The notes under the pieces: model-generated | The model's input: only the letters and a program-made list of their open reading frames with translations | Databases searched by the model: none | What the model was told of the DNA's origin: nothing | Made by a program: the position numbers and the translations under genes | Sequence record: DRR723986_33163 | DNA length: 64,000 nt | Direction: 5' to 3' (one strand) | In this document: positions 48,790 to 59,029 of the stretch, piece after piece | How the letters are laid out: the number at the start of each line of letters is the position of its first letter | How positions within the stretch are numbered: the first letter of the stretch is position 1

Positions 48790-49830
48790 ATGAAAAAAGG
48801 AATATTATTAGTGAATTTAGGTTCTCCGGATTCTCCTGAACCTAAGGATGTGAAAAAGTATTTAGGCGAATTTTTAATGGACGAACGTGTTATTGACTTA
48901 CCATTATGCGCTAGAACGCTTTTGGTAAAAGGAATTATTTTAAACACAAGACCAAAAGCTTCGGCAAAAGCTTACAAGAAAATATGGTGGGAGGAAGGTT
49001 CACCATTAATTGTTTTATCAGAACGACTTCAGGAAAAATTACAAAACAAAGTTGACTACCCTGTTGCGCTCGCTATGCGTTATGGTAGTATGACTATAAA
49101 AAAGGGATTACAACAATTAGTAGATAAAGGGTGTACTGAAATAAAAACGATTCCCTTATATCCGCAATTTGCAATGGCAACAACCGAAACAATTGATGTA
49201 AAAGTGGATGAGTTGGTTGCTGAGTATTTCCCAGATATAAAAATAACGCGTACACCAGCTTTTTATAATCGTGAAGACTATATTAAGGTGCTATCAAATA
49301 GTATAGCTGAGACGCTCGAAGGTGTAGATTATGAGCATATCCTGTTTAGTTATCATGGTGTGCCAGAAAGACATATTCGTAAAAGTGATATCACCAACGG
49401 AAATTGTAAAATGGATGGTAGATGTTGTTTTAAAATGGGTAGTAAACAGCACGAGTTTTGTTATCGTCATCAATGCGAAATCACAACAATAAATGTAGCT
49501 AAAAAACTAGGTTTAAAAAAAGGAACTTATTCTACTACCTTTCAATCTAGACTTGGGTTTGATCCATGGTTAAAACCTTACACAGATCGTACTATTGAAC
49601 GGATGGGTAAAGAAGGTACCAAGAAAATGGCTATAGTTACACCTGCTTTTGTGAGTGATTGTTTAGAGACACTAGAAGAAATTGCAATGGAAGGTGAAGA
49701 AATCTTTCACGAAGTTGGAGGTAAAGAGTTCACTGTAATACCATGTCTTAATGAGCGTGAAGATTTTGCCCAGGTTCTCGCAAATATGATAAAAGAATGG
49801 GCAACTGATGAAAAATCTGTGACCGTTTAA
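48790..49830 (+). CDS. hemH: Ferrochelatase
   Basis: GILLVNLGSP, SPL, AMRYG, PLYPQ, FSYHGVP, FQSRLG..PWL.PYT, FVSDCLETLEEI; TATTTTTG promoter at 48765-48772. Confidence 0.96.
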   Translation: MKKGILLVNLGSPDSPEPKDVKKYLGEFLMDERVIDLPLCARTLLVKGIILNTRPKASAKAYKKIWWEEGSPLIVLSERLQEKLQNKVDYPVALAMRYGSMTIKKGLQQLVDKGCTEIKTIPLYPQFAMATTETIDVKVDELVAEYFPDIKITRTPAFYNREDYIKVLSNSIAETLEGVDYEHILFSYHGVPERHIRKSDITNGNCKMDGRCCFKMGSKQHEFCYRHQCEITTINVAKKLGLKKGTYSTTFQSRLGFDPWLKPYTDRTIERMGKEGTKKMAIVTPAFVSDCLETLEEIAMEGEEIFHEVGGKEFTVIPCLNEREDFAQVLANMIKEWATDEKSVTV

Positions 49831-51185
49831 TGGCTAAATTGTCTTCACAAGACTTGGGAGATCAACCAATAGGTAATTTGCTTATTAAGCAAGCAGTGCC
49901 TGCTTCAATTGGTATTTTAGTAATGTCTCTCAATATTTTAGTAGATACCATTTTTGTGGGTAATTGGATTGGTCCAACAGCCATCGCTGCTATAAACGTG
50001 GTATTACCAGTTTCCTTTTTTATTGCTGCTTTAGGTATGGCTATTGGCGTAGGAGGTTCATCAATTATCTCTCGAGCCTTAGGCGCAGATAATACTACCA
50101 AAGCACTTAAAACCTTTGGTAATCAAATTACATTAACAGCATTAATAACTGTAGTATTTGTCATTTTTGGTTTGTGGTACATTAATGATTTAATCCCTGC
50201 TTTTGGCGGCAAAGGTTCTATTTTTCAACCAGCTAAGATTTATTATAAGATTGTATTGTATGGAGTTCCAATTCTGGCACTCTGCATGATGGGTAATACT
50301 GTAATAAGAGCAGAAGGCAAGCCAAAATTTGCAATGTACGCTATGATGTTCCCGTCAGTGGGTAATTTATTGTTAGACATTCTATTTATTAAAGTATTTG
50401 ATTTTGGAATGGCAGGAGCTGCTTGGGCAACAACAGGATCATATATCCTTTGTTTCTTGTTTATTCTTTGGTTCTTTATGTCTAAAAATTCTGAATTAAA
50501 ACTCAATTTTAAACACTTTGGTTTAGATCTACCAATAGTTAAAGAAATAAGTTCATTAGGATTTGTTACACTCTCTAGACAGACTATTGTAAGTATAACC
50601 TACTTATTAATGAACGATATTCTATTTGATTTAGGTGGTGAAACATCTGTTACTGCTTATGCTATTGTCGGAAGAATGCTAATGTTTGCCTTATTTCCAG
50701 TTTATGGAATCACTCAAGGTTTTTTACCAATTGCAGGGTTTAATTATGGTGCAGAAAAATATAAACGTGTAAGAGAGTCAATTATAACAGCAATAAAATA
50801 TGCGGCTTTATTAGCAACTGTTGTTTTTATTTTTTTAATGATATTCCCAGATGCAATTACAAAGTTATTTACTAAAGATGCAGATGTATTGCAGCAAACT
50901 CCACCTGCAATGAGATGGGTATTTGCCGCTACACCAATTATTGCAGTTCAGTTAATTGGTGCAGCATACTTTCAGGCAGTTGGTAAAGCCATACCCGCTC
51001 TATTGCTAACATTGACACGTCAAGGTATTTTCTTTATTCCATTAATACTTATTTTACCAAAGTATTATGGTGAAATTGGTGTATGGATGTCTTTTCCGAT
51101 TTCTGATGTACTGTCCACAATAGTCACTGCCTTTTTTTTAGACAGAGAAGTGAAGTTAAAATTGTTACCAAAGGAGACAGAATAA
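49830..51185 (+). CDS. MATE-family efflux transporter
   Basis: About 12 TM helices; VDTIFVG, RAEGKPK, LDILFI...GMAGAAWAT, GFNYGA. Confidence 0.92.
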   Translation: MAKLSSQDLGDQPIGNLLIKQAVPASIGILVMSLNILVDTIFVGNWIGPTAIAAINVVLPVSFFIAALGMAIGVGGSSIISRALGADNTTKALKTFGNQITLTALITVVFVIFGLWYINDLIPAFGGKGSIFQPAKIYYKIVLYGVPILALCMMGNTVIRAEGKPKFAMYAMMFPSVGNLLLDILFIKVFDFGMAGAAWATTGSYILCFLFILWFFMSKNSELKLNFKHFGLDLPIVKEISSLGFVTLSRQTIVSITYLLMNDILFDLGGETSVTAYAIVGRMLMFALFPVYGITQGFLPIAGFNYGAEKYKRVRESIITAIKYAALLATVVFIFLMIFPDAITKLFTKDADVLQQTPPAMRWVFAATPIIAVQLIGAAYFQAVGKAIPALLLTLTRQGIFFIPLILILPKYYGEIGVWMSFPISDVLSTIVTAFFLDREVKLKLLPKETE

Positions 51186-51230
51186 TAATAAATCCGTAAT
51201 TTTAAATTTCTATAACCAACGCATATTTTT

Positions 51231-54200
51231 ATGAAATTTCTAAATAAAATAGCAGTATTACTGCTTTGTTTTTTTAGCTGTAATTTACAATCACAAGACA
51301 TTCAAGAATCAGATTATGGAGCATTAGAATATCGATTACTTGGCCCATTTAGAGGTGGGAGAAGTGCAGCCGTAACAGGAGTTCCTAACCAACCCAACTT
51401 GTATTATTTTGGTGCAGCAGGAGGTGGAATATGGAAAACGACTAATGGTGGCAGGCAATGGGAGAATATTTCTGATGGTTACTTTGGTGGTAGCATTGGT
51501 TCAATTGCGGTTTCTAAAAGCGATCCAAATGTGATGTATGTTGGAGGTGGTGAGAAAACAGTAAGAGGGAATGTCTCTTCAGGTTATGGCGTTTGGAAAA
51601 GTGTGGACGCTGGTAAAACATGGACAAAATCCGGATTAAAAAATTCACGACATATTCCACGTATCGCAATACATCCAACTAACCACAATATAGTTTACGC
51701 AGGTGTCTTAGGAAACATATATAAACCAAGACAAGAACGCGGAGTCTATAAAAGTACTGATGGTGGTAAAACATGGAAGAAAACCTTATTTTCTAACGAG
51801 CATGCTGGTGTTGTAGATTTAATAATGGATCCAACAAATCCAAGAATTTTATATGCCTCAACTTGGCGCGTACAAAGGACACCGTATAGTTTAAGTTCTG
51901 GTGGCGAAGGTTCTGCACTATGGAAAAGTACAGACAGTGGAGAAACTTGGACAGAAATTTCAACAGCAAAAGGCTTTCCTGAAGGTGTCCTGGGAATTAT
52001 AGGTGTTACAGTTTCCCCTATAAATAATCAGCGTATTTGGGCTATTGTTGAGAATAAAGACCAAGGTGGTTTATATAGAAGTGATGATGGTGGAGAAACT
52101 TGGAACCAAGTTAATAGTGAACGAAAATTGCGTCAGCGTGCGTGGTATTATACGAGAGTTTACGCAGATACAGAAGATGTCAATACGGTTTATGTCTTAA
52201 ATGTTAGGTACCATAAAAGTACGGATGGTGGTAGAACATTTAGTACGTATAATGCACCACATGGAGATCATCATGATTTATGGATAGCACCAGAAAATCC
52301 AAATCGTATGATTATTGGTGATGATGGTGGAGCACAAGTGACTTACGATGGAGGTGAAACATGGAGTACCTATTACAACCAACCAACATCACAGTTTTAT
52401 CGTGTAACTACAGATAATGCATTTCCATATAGAATTTATGTAGCTCAACAAGACAATTCTACTATTAGGATTCCTCATAGAACTGACGGGAGAGGAATAA
52501 CTGAGGACGACTGGGAAAGTACAGCAGGCGGAGAGTCTGCTCATATAGCTGTTGATCCGGAAGATAATGATATTGTCTACGGTGGTAGCTATGACGGATT
52601 TTTAACGCGCGTGAATCATAAAACAGGAACCGTAAGAGCGATTAATGTATGGCCAGATAATCCGATGGGTCATGGTGCTGAAGGGATGAAATATCGTTTT
52701 CAATGGAATTTTCCAATTATATTTTCAAAGCATAATCCAAATAGACTATATACGTTTTCTCAGCATGTACATGTTACTGAAAATGAAGGACAATCTTGGG
52801 ATATTATTAGTCCCGATTTAACAAGAAATGACCCTGAAAAATTGAAGTCTTCAGGAGGGCCAATTACACAAGATAACACTTCGGTTGAGTATTACTGTAC
52901 CATTTTTGCGGCACAAGAGTCACCATTAAAAGAAGGATTATTATGGATTGGCAGTGATGATGGATTAATTCATGTAACTCAAGATGGTGGAAAGACTTGG
53001 GATAACGTAACTCCTAAGGGTATGCCAGAATGGATGATGATTAATAGTATTGAGCCAAGTGCGTTTGATGAAGGCACATGTTATGTGGCTGGTACCAAAT
53101 ATAAAACTGGTGATTTTGCTCCTTATTTGTATAAAACAACAGACTACGGTAAGACTTGGAAAAAAATCACAAACGGAATTAATGAAGAGCATTTTACAAG
53201 AGTATTAAGAGAAGATCCAAAGCGTAAGGGTTTTTTGTATGCAGGTACGGAAACTGGAATGTATATTTCTTTTAATGATGGAAAAGACTGGAAGCCATTT
53301 CAGTTAAATTTGCCTATTGTTCCTATTACAGATATAACCATTAAAGACAATAATTTAATTGTAGCAACTCAAGGCCGAAGCCTTTGGATGATTGATGACT
53401 TAACCGTAATCCATCAGTTATACGATACGGATTTAAGTAAGAATGTTTTGTTTAAACCAAAAGACACTTATAGAATGCGTGGTGGTAGCAGAAAAGGAAG
53501 TAAAACAACGGGAACCAATCACCCTAATGGAGTTATCACCTATTTCAACTTAAAAGACCTAAAGGAAGATGATAAAGTGTCTTTAACTTATTTTGATACA
53601 AAAGGTGATACCATTAAAACCTTCTCAAATAAGGATAAGAAGAATATGTTGAAGGTGAAGAAAGGAGCAAATCAATTTGTTTGGAATATGACTTATGATG
53701 GAGCAGAGCGTTTAAAAGGTATGATTTTGTGGTGGGCAAGTTTACAAGGCCCAAGAGCAATACCTGGAAATTATAAAGTGAGCTTAAATGTCAATGGCGA
53801 AGAGCAATCACAATCGTTCACCATTGTAGCAGATCCTAGAGTAGAAGGCACTTTGGCTGATATGCAAAAGCAGTTTGACTTCATTAAAGATGTTAATAAA
53901 ACGATGGACGAGGCTCATAAATCGATTAAGAAAATCAGAAATATTAATAAGCAACTTAATGCTTTTCAAAAACAATATGCAGCTAATGAAAACGTAAAGG
54001 AATTAGTCCAAAAAGCAAAAACATTAGAGGAACAACTATCTAATATTGAAAAGGAACTATACCAAACTAAAAACATAAGCGGTCAAGATCCATTAAACTT
54101 TCCAATTAAGTTGACCAATAAATTAGGCCATTTAAATTCATTAGTTAGTATGGGCGATTTTGCACCTACAGAACAAGATATTGCTGTAAAAAAAGAATTA

Positions 54201-54317
54201 ACAACTAAAATTGAAAAGCAGTTATCTGCATTTAACACTATTTTGAATGATGAGGTTAAGGCATTTAATTCGGCATTTAATGCAAAGCAATTAAACTACT
54301 TATTTGTTGAAGATTAA
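51231..54317 (+). CDS. VPS10/BNR (Asp-box) repeat protein, glycosyl-hydrolase-like
   Basis: GPFRGGRS and many S/TxDGGxTW Asp-boxes; C-terminal coiled coil. Confidence 0.8.
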   Translation: MKFLNKIAVLLLCFFSCNLQSQDIQESDYGALEYRLLGPFRGGRSAAVTGVPNQPNLYYFGAAGGGIWKTTNGGRQWENISDGYFGGSIGSIAVSKSDPNVMYVGGGEKTVRGNVSSGYGVWKSVDAGKTWTKSGLKNSRHIPRIAIHPTNHNIVYAGVLGNIYKPRQERGVYKSTDGGKTWKKTLFSNEHAGVVDLIMDPTNPRILYASTWRVQRTPYSLSSGGEGSALWKSTDSGETWTEISTAKGFPEGVLGIIGVTVSPINNQRIWAIVENKDQGGLYRSDDGGETWNQVNSERKLRQRAWYYTRVYADTEDVNTVYVLNVRYHKSTDGGRTFSTYNAPHGDHHDLWIAPENPNRMIIGDDGGAQVTYDGGETWSTYYNQPTSQFYRVTTDNAFPYRIYVAQQDNSTIRIPHRTDGRGITEDDWESTAGGESAHIAVDPEDNDIVYGGSYDGFLTRVNHKTGTVRAINVWPDNPMGHGAEGMKYRFQWNFPIIFSKHNPNRLYTFSQHVHVTENEGQSWDIISPDLTRNDPEKLKSSGGPITQDNTSVEYYCTIFAAQESPLKEGLLWIGSDDGLIHVTQDGGKTWDNVTPKGMPEWMMINSIEPSAFDEGTCYVAGTKYKTGDFAPYLYKTTDYGKTWKKITNGINEEHFTRVLREDPKRKGFLYAGTETGMYISFNDGKDWKPFQLNLPIVPITDITIKDNNLIVATQGRSLWMIDDLTVIHQLYDTDLSKNVLFKPKDTYRMRGGSRKGSKTTGTNHPNGVITYFNLKDLKEDDKVSLTYFDTKGDTIKTFSNKDKKNMLKVKKGANQFVWNMTYDGAERLKGMILWWASLQGPRAIPGNYKVSLNVNGEEQSQSFTIVADPRVEGTLADMQKQFDFIKDVNKTMDEAHKSIKKIRNINKQLNAFQKQYAANENVKELVQKAKTLEEQLSNIEKELYQTKNISGQDPLNFPIKLTNKLGHLNSLVSMGDFAPTEQDIAVKKELTTKIEKQLSAFNTILNDEVKAFNSAFNAKQLNYLFVED

Positions 54318-54866
54318 ATGGAATATTACAATTATATTAAATCATTACATCTCATTTTTGTAATTACCTGGTTTGCCGGTTTATTTTATATTCCCAGACT
54401 ATTCGTCTATCAAATTGAAGCCTTTCATAGGCCTTCGCCAGATAAAGAAATATTAGGCAAACAATTAAAGTTAATGGCAAAGCGACTTTGGTTTATTATT
54501 ACCTGGCCTTCAGCGATATTGTCAACAATATTCGCTATATGGTTGTTAATTATCAATCCGGCTTGGCTTCAACAAGGATGGATGCATGTAAAATTAGCTT
54601 TTGTCTTATTGCTTTTTATCTATCATTATAAGACACATATTTACTATAAGCAACTTCAAAATGATGTTGTAAAAGTGACTTCAAATTTCATGCGAATCTG
54701 GAACGAAGGTGCAACATTTATATTGTTCGTTGTGGTGTTTTTGGTCATTTTAAAAAATTCTTTGAACTGGATTTATGGTATAATTGGGATTGTTGTTTTA
54801 GCAATTCTTATTATGCTTGGATTTAAACTTTATAAGAATATTAGATCTAAAAATCCAGAAGCTTAA
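54318..54866 (+). CDS. hemJ: Protoporphyrinogen oxidase HemJ
   Basis: KSLHLIFVITWFAGLFYIPRLFVY, WMHVKL, RIWNE; located in the heme cluster. Confidence 0.88.
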   Translation: MEYYNYIKSLHLIFVITWFAGLFYIPRLFVYQIEAFHRPSPDKEILGKQLKLMAKRLWFIITWPSAILSTIFAIWLLIINPAWLQQGWMHVKLAFVLLLFIYHYKTHIYYKQLQNDVVKVTSNFMRIWNEGATFILFVVVFLVILKNSLNWIYGIIGIVVLAILIMLGFKLYKNIRSKNPEA

Positions 54867-54907
54867 TTGGTGTGATTATTGCTATATTTAGTACTTTATA
54901 AAACTTA

Positions 54908-56362
54908 ATGAAGATAAAACGACTGTCCTTAAGAGCAAGAATATTTGTAGCTATGATACTTCTAGTGTTATTGGCTTCAATATTAATTGCCGCAGTTACA
55001 ATCTATCAATATAACGAAGAGGCTAGAGATTATCATAAAGAACGATTAGAACGTAAGGAAGGAGCCATAAGACGCAGTATAGATTTTGCAATTAAAGAAA
55101 CGACCTATCCTGTTACCACTGAAAATATTCCTTTAATCTTTAAAGAAGAAATATTTGATATTGTAGCAATACATAAGCTGCAAATTAGTCTATACGATTT
55201 AGAAGGCCAGTTGCTTATAAGCTCAATGCGGAGTATTTATCGAGACTCAACAGAAAACTGCATTGAAGCCGAGGTTTTGAATAAATTATCAAACACTGTA
55301 GAGCATCGATATGTTGAAAAAAACGAAAAAAACGGACAATCCTATCAATCATCTTACACTTATATTACAGATGAGAAATTCAAAAATTTAGCCATACTTA
55401 ATCTGCCATATTTAGAGAATGATGACTTTCTTAATAGGGAGTTGAATGAATTTTTATTACGTCTTGGATATGCTTATTTAGCAATGATTTTAGCCGCTAT
55501 TGTATTTGCATATTTTATTTCAACATACATTACCAAATCACTAAAAACTATTAGTGATAAAATGAATGAATTAAGGCTTGAAAAGCGCAATAAAAAGATT
55601 GAAATAGAATCATCTAGTGAAGAGATTGAAACTTTAGTAAACTCATACAACAGCATGATTGACGAACTTGAAGCAAGTGCCGTTAAATTGGCAACTAGTG
55701 AGAGAGAACAAGCATGGAGAGAAATGGCAAAACAAGTGGCACATGAGATTAAAAATCCATTAACTCCAATGCGTTTGAGTGTACAGAGTTTTCAGCGAAA
55801 ATTTAACCCAGAAGACGAAAATATACATCAAAAAGTTGATGAATATAGTAACACACTGATACAGCAAATAGATACAATGAGTTCAATTGCATCAGCTTTT
55901 TCAAACTTCGCAAAAATGCCTGCGCAGAAAAGTGAAATTCTCAATGTGGTGAATATTGTCAAATTAGCTCTAGATATTTTTAATGAAGATTATATCTCAT
56001 TTGAAGCTGAATCTGAAGAAATTATTGCAAAGTTCGATAGAACTCAGCTTATTAGAGTAGTTACAAATTTGGTTAAAAATGGCATACAAGCCATGCCAAT
56101 CGATGCAGCAGATCCAAGAATAGATGTAAAGGTGTTCTCCGAAAACAATTTGGTTAAAATACAGATATCCGATAACGGAGCTGGTATTGAAGAAGAAACA
56201 AAATCAAAAATATTTGAACCTAAGTTTACTACTAAAACTAGTGGTATGGGATTAGGGCTTGCAATGGTCAAAAACATTGTTGAAACTTATAAAGGAAGTA
56301 TTACCTTTACTTCACAATCTGGTGAAGGAACAATATTTACGGTGTCTTTCCCAAAAGAATAA
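54908..56362 (+). CDS. HAMP-domain sensor histidine kinase (NtrY-like)
   Basis: Two TM helices, AWREMAKQVAHEIKNPLTP (H box), NLVKNG, DNGAG, FTTKTSGMGLGL. Confidence 0.92.
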   Translation: MKIKRLSLRARIFVAMILLVLLASILIAAVTIYQYNEEARDYHKERLERKEGAIRRSIDFAIKETTYPVTTENIPLIFKEEIFDIVAIHKLQISLYDLEGQLLISSMRSIYRDSTENCIEAEVLNKLSNTVEHRYVEKNEKNGQSYQSSYTYITDEKFKNLAILNLPYLENDDFLNRELNEFLLRLGYAYLAMILAAIVFAYFISTYITKSLKTISDKMNELRLEKRNKKIEIESSSEEIETLVNSYNSMIDELEASAVKLATSEREQAWREMAKQVAHEIKNPLTPMRLSVQSFQRKFNPEDENIHQKVDEYSNTLIQQIDTMSSIASAFSNFAKMPAQKSEILNVVNIVKLALDIFNEDYISFEAESEEIIAKFDRTQLIRVVTNLVKNGIQAMPIDAADPRIDVKVFSENNLVKIQISDNGAGIEEETKSKIFEPKFTTKTSGMGLGLAMVKNIVETYKGSITFTSQSGEGTIFTVSFPKE

Positions 56363-56406
56363 GTCATAACTTAAGTTAACAAAAATACATAACCAACATT
56401 TATACT

Positions 56407-57189
56407 ATGAGTTACACTAATATATTATCAAGCTATTCAAATGGAATTACTACGATTACCATTAATAGACCGAACAAATTAAATGCATTAAATAGAGACA
56501 CAATTCAAGAATTACATGAGGCATTTGACGAAGCAAACAAGGATAGTGGTACAAAGGTGATTATTATAACAGGTAGTGGTGAAAAGGCCTTCGTAGCAGG
56601 CGCTGATATTAGTGAGTTCGTGGATTTTAATGTGAATGAAGGTGGTAAATTAGCGGCACAAGGACAAAATATATTATTTGATTTTGTAGAAAACTTAAAT
56701 ACTCCTGTAATTTCTGCTGTCAATGGATTTGCCTTAGGAGGTGGATTAGAATTAGCAATGGCATGTCATTTTAGAGTAGCTAGTAATAATGCAAAAATGG
56801 GACTCCCAGAAGTGTCATTAGGTGTTATACCAGGATATGGTGGTACGCAACGATTACCTCAATTAGTAGGTAAAGGCAGAGCTATGGAAATGATAATGAC
56901 AGCTGGTATGATAGACGCCAACCAAGCGTTAAATTTTGGATTAGTTAATCATGTAGTGGAGCAGGAAGAACTGTTACCACTTTGTGAAAAAATTGCATCT
57001 AAAATCATGAAGAATTCATCCGTCGCAATTGGTAAGGCCATAAAGGCCATAAATGCCAATTACAAAGAAGGTAAAGACGGTTATAAGGTAGAGATTAAAC
57101 AATTTGGAAAGTGTTTCGGTACCGAAGACTTCAAGGAAGGTACCACGGCATTTTTAGAGAAACGCAAAGCAGATTTCCCTGGGAATTAG
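56407..57189 (+). CDS. Enoyl-CoA hydratase/isomerase (crotonase family)
   Basis: NRPNKLNAL, AFVAGADI, NGFALGGGLELA, GLPEVSLGVIPGYGGTQRL. Confidence 0.93.
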   Translation: MSYTNILSSYSNGITTITINRPNKLNALNRDTIQELHEAFDEANKDSGTKVIIITGSGEKAFVAGADISEFVDFNVNEGGKLAAQGQNILFDFVENLNTPVISAVNGFALGGGLELAMACHFRVASNNAKMGLPEVSLGVIPGYGGTQRLPQLVGKGRAMEMIMTAGMIDANQALNFGLVNHVVEQEELLPLCEKIASKIMKNSSVAIGKAIKAINANYKEGKDGYKVEIKQFGKCFGTEDFKEGTTAFLEKRKADFPGN

Positions 57190-57326
57190 TAAGTTTTAGC
57201 GACATTTAATGAGGTTGTAGATCTGTCATCTACAATCTTGTGAATTAAATAAAAAGGACTTAGAATTAGTGTAAGCAAAACTAATAAGGGACTAAATACA
57301 ATTAATATTGTGTAATATTTTTTCAT
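57186..57326 (-). CDS. Small 46-aa hydrophobic ORF or 5' gene remnant (not in ORF track)
   Basis: MKKYYTILIVFSPLLVLLTLILSPFYLIHKIVDDRSTTSLNVAKTY, preceded by a TAAGTTTG promoter element at 57343-57350. Confidence 0.35.
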   Translation of the reverse strand: MKKYYTILIVFSPLLVLLTLILSPFYLIHKIVDDRSTTSLNVAKTY

Positions 57327-57399
57327 AGAAATTTGTTTTTAGCAAACTTAAAATGACTTTAAACATCTGTAGATAAGTATATTAACACATTTATATTCA

Positions 57400-57606
57400 A
57401 TTTTAACCCAAATTGCTAATTGTCATGGTGGCACTTTAAATGAAAGTCGTTTTGGTTTAAGAATGCGAGGTGAAGGCAACATTGCTAAACATATTAACGA
57501 TACTGTAAAATTGGCTAAAATGAAATATTTTAACGATAAAAAGATGCCAGATTTAAATATGAAGCTTCATGAAGGATATAAATGTGGTCAGCTAAAACTG
57601 TTCTAA
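57400..57606 (+). pseudogene. C-terminal remnant of a PA0069-family radical SAM gene
   Basis: Start-less frame ILTQIANCHGGTLNESRFGLRMRGEGNIA...GQLKLF*; GGxLxxSxFxxRMRGxG and terminal QLxLF recalled as typical of the family; in-frame TAG upstream at 57370. Confidence 0.7.
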
Positions 57607-57711
57607 ATTTACCGTTTATCCATAACCAACTGTAATACAACTAGTCAATAGGGGTAAAACTTGCTCAATTTAAATAATTAACTATATTTATTCGACCAAT
57701 CAATACTACTT

Positions 57712-59025
57712 ATGAAATCAAGACTTTTACTATTATTCCTAGCCCTGACATTTTTTTCTTGCAAAAAGGAAACTAAAGATGCAACTGTAATTTTTGATCG
57801 CAAGGATTTAAGCGCTGCCAACACGATACTTTTAGAAAGTGTTATGGAAGATGCTTTTACTCCACCTGTTGCAAGCAGGATTTATGCCTATTCACATTTA
57901 GCACAGTATATAACTTTGCAGAGTATACTAAATGATAGTTTGCCAGAAATCGCATCTAAAATAAATGGATTAGATAATTTTAATATACCAGAAAAAAGAG
58001 AAGTTAACCCTGAACTTTCAGCGTTATTAGCATTTTCTTCAATAGGCAAAAAACTTATTTATTCTGAACAATACTTCGATGAATTAACATCTAACCTCAA
58101 ATCCAAGGCAATAGATAAAGGACTTTCTGAAGATGTAATTAAAAGTTCAGAATCATATGCTAATGAAATTACCACTCAATTAAGTGCTTGGATAGACAAA
58201 GATATGTACATAGAAACAAGAACTTATCCAAGATTCACAAGTACAAAAAAGCCAGAGAATTGGCGAGAGACACCACCAGATTATGCAACTGGTTTAGAGC
58301 CATACTGGGATAATATTAGAACTTTAGTTATAGATAGTGTAAACGTTTACAACTATAAGCCGTTACCAGAATATAGCACGGAGAAAAACTCGGCATTTTA
58401 TAAAATGGTAAATGAAGTGTATGAAGAATCTTTAAAAACTACAGATGAAAAAGGTAAAATTGCTTGGTTTTGGGATTGCAATCCTATCTTAACCATACAC
58501 AAAGGACACATGGTAACTACAATCCATAAGTTTACACCACCTGGTCATTGGCTTAATATTGTTAATCAGATTACAGAAAAAGAGAATTCTGATTATTTTA
58601 CCACTACAAAAGCATATACATTAACATCTATGGCGATGTTTGATGCTATTATTGGAGCTTGGCATGTAAAGTATAAAACGGATTTAGTTAGACCGATTAC
58701 TTATATTCAAGAATATATCGATCCAGATTGGGAGCCTATTTTACAAACGCCACCTTTCCCTGAATATACAAGTGGTCATAGCGCAACCTCTGCATCAGCA
58801 GCAGAGATGCTTACTAGTATTTTTGGTGATAATTATGCCTTTACAGACAATACGCAATTACGTTTTGATTTAGAAGAACGTTCTTTTAATTCCTTTAAAG
58901 AGGCTGCAAATCAAGTAAATTTAAGCCGATTTTACGGTGGAATTCACTACAAGCAAGGTGTAGAAGAAGGAGGCAAACAAGGAACCTATATTGCTAATTT
59001 AATTTTACAAAAACTACAAAAGTAA
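57712..59025 (+). CDS. Vanadium-dependent haloperoxidase family lipoprotein
   Basis: Lipobox FFSC; PPVASRIY; KYKTDLVRP, TPPFPEYTSGH and SRFYGGIHY vanadate-binding motifs. Confidence 0.85.
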   Translation: MKSRLLLLFLALTFFSCKKETKDATVIFDRKDLSAANTILLESVMEDAFTPPVASRIYAYSHLAQYITLQSILNDSLPEIASKINGLDNFNIPEKREVNPELSALLAFSSIGKKLIYSEQYFDELTSNLKSKAIDKGLSEDVIKSSESYANEITTQLSAWIDKDMYIETRTYPRFTSTKKPENWRETPPDYATGLEPYWDNIRTLVIDSVNVYNYKPLPEYSTEKNSAFYKMVNEVYEESLKTTDEKGKIAWFWDCNPILTIHKGHMVTTIHKFTPPGHWLNIVNQITEKENSDYFTTTKAYTLTSMAMFDAIIGAWHVKYKTDLVRPITYIQEYIDPDWEPILQTPPFPEYTSGHSATSASAAEMLTSIFGDNYAFTDNTQLRFDLEERSFNSFKEAANQVNLSRFYGGIHYKQGVEEGGKQGTYIANLILQKLQK

Positions 59026-59029
59026 TATT

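Noticed and set aside
54908-56362. Orphan histidine kinase as a heme-sensing system
   Set aside because: No response regulator nearby and no heme-binding motif visible; adjacency to hemJ alone is insufficient
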